In this document: positions 62,462 through 64,000 of the stretch, one piece after another
Layout of the letters: the number at the start of each line of letters is the position of its first letter
How positions within the stretch are numbered: position 1 is the stretch's first letter
DNA from: Chiloscyllium plagiosum
Taxonomy: Eukaryota
NCBI RefSeq assembly: GCF_004010195.1
Contig: NC_057718.1
Span: 31,233,622-31,297,621, forward strand
Reading direction: 5' to 3'
DNA length: 64,000 bases
The notes under the pieces: model-generated
Databases searched by the model: none
What the model saw: the letters and a program-made list of their open reading frames with translations, nothing else
What the model was told of the DNA's origin: nothing
Translations under genes and position numbers: made by a program

Positions 62462-62487
62462 CATGCTGAGCGACATATGCAAATAAT

Positions 62488-63326
62488 TGTAATGTAAGGT
62501 TTATTTATATTAAAATTAATATAATTCACTTTAGAATTTGGAATTTGAACTAGTGGCATGTGGGCTTTGGTGTATGTATATAAGAGGATTTAATAATTAC
62601 CTTACCAGTTTAAAACCAGCATGTGTGAGAAAGCAGTTCCTGGAGTGATATTAGGAATTTGATACATTTTAATGGTCTTATGATTCAAAACAGTAAACTT
62701 TGAAAAGTATTAGCTTGCTTTCAGTTCGGGAGGTTCAGGAATTGATTTTGCTTGCTAAGGGGAAAAACCCTGAATTGGAAAGAGTTTGGTTTTAGTTTAA
62801 AGAAGGCTTGGTTGAGGTTTAATGTAAGAACAGTTTCTCTTGGAGAAAAGAGTTAGTTCAGAACAGTTTGGAAATAGGTTACCCCAGTATAAAGGTATCA
62901 ACATGAAAGGGTCAGACCAGGAACATCAATGGTTTATTTGAAGTTAAGCAAATGAAGTAATATGTTATCAAAATCTCAAGACCTGTTATTGAAAGAAACA
63001 TTTAAGTCAAACCTGTAGACATTATAGAGAATGGTATTCTGTCTGATATTTGAGTATTATAAAGCCATGATGTTGAAACAGATGGAATTTTTAAAGGTGT
63101 TTAAAAATCTTTAAAACTTGTGTTCTATGTTAATAGCTTGATTTGTTCCATTTTATCTACATTTATTTTGAGTAATAAATGTGGTTTTATTATTAAAACC
63201 AAATTTACTGCATTTCAGTTTTATTTAACTGAAAGACTACCATGTTAAAATAAGAAAAAATGTATAACCTTTTTTCAGTCTTGAGACTTGATTTGTCCAA
63301 TTGTAACCCCACTTGGGATCATGACA
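62488..63326 (+). mobile_element. Solo LTR
   Basis: TGTAATG...CATGACA inverted termini; 4-bp TSD TAAT at 62484-62487 and 63327-63330; aataaa at ~63174. Confidence 0.7.
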
Positions 63327-63469
63327 TAATTAATATAGAGAGTCAAATTCTGACTTTGATAGCAACATTTGTTTACTCATCTACAATTTTCATTCAGCAA
63401 TGACTCAAATTTAGAATTCTATTCCTTGTTCTTAATTTCTTCTTTGGTCCCTTCCTTCCTTTCTGTATA

Positions 63470-64000
63470 CAGCGGAATCTCGATTATCCAAACGAGATGG
63501 GCGGGCACAATTTTGTTCGGATAATTGATTATTTGGTTAATTGATTCAACGCCTTTCCTCCGGGGCTCAGAGTTTTCTGTGAAGCCAGCTCCCCGTTCAG
63601 CAGCACACTGCGTGCAAGGCCCTGCTCCCCCCGCCAACTCCCTGCCCATCCCCAAACCCGCCCCCAACTGCCCCCCACCTCCAACCCGGTCCAGTCCCAC
63701 CCGTCCCTCATCCGCTCCCAACCCAGTCCGCTCCTACCCCCATCCAACACCGCCCTCCCGCCTGCCCCAAACTCCATAGCCCCAATCTGCTCCCCAAACC
63801 CTGTACTCCCGTCCATCCCCACCCATGTCCGACCCCCCATCCATAACACCCCCCCACCACCCTCTGGGGCAGCTGGACTGTACACCAATGGTAAGACTGC
63901 TGCTGTTGCTGCCTTTGTGGGGTAAGTCTCCAAATAGCTCACGCATGCATGTATATAATTTTATATATATACAAACACATACACAGTACAGGACAATGTC
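63470..64000. mobile_element. Left end of a Tigger/pogo-like (Tc1-mariner) DNA transposon, probably running off the window
   Basis: TA followed by CAGCGGAATCTCGATTATCCAAAC (Tigger-type TIR), internal inverted motif gttcggataattga, CpG-rich interior. Confidence 0.6.

Noticed and set aside
63419..63946. Pro- and Gly-rich ORFs at the window end
   Set aside because: Low-complexity C-rich tract lacking stops by composition, inside a transposon end

Overview
Eukaryotic, repeat-dominated, apparently non-coding (intronic or intergenic) DNA from a cartilaginous fish. HE1-type V-SINEs and HER1/CR1 LINEs point to a shark or ray; this assignment is inferred from recalled repeat families. I could not identify any host protein-coding gene; nearly all long ORFs are decayed transposon frames or antisense shadows. 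Contents: many CR1/HER1 LINE fragments, one of them near full length with an esterase-type ORF1; five HE1 SINEs; a complete but decayed Gmr1-like Ty3/Gypsy LTR element (17281-23422, TSD GGAG, tRNA-Pro-like PBS, SCAN-like gag, integrase before RT); a second LTR-less Gypsy relic; a solo LTR; Harbinger, Tx1-like and Tigger/pogo-like remnants; and a diverged ~69-bp tandem array. The most notable signal is a set of Penelope-like-element (PLE)-derived sequences carrying minimal type I hammerhead ribozyme motifs (CUGAUGA-A-stem II-GAAA-palindromic helix III). Three have intact cores (253-280, 55116-55144, 62012-62039). One decayed copy lies directly downstream of a PLE GIY-YIG remnant. Most sit in tiny (~140-270 bp) insertions, usually fold-backs, with 10-16-bp target-site duplications. 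An assembly gap spans 49687-49799. Repeat boundaries were read by eye and are approximate.
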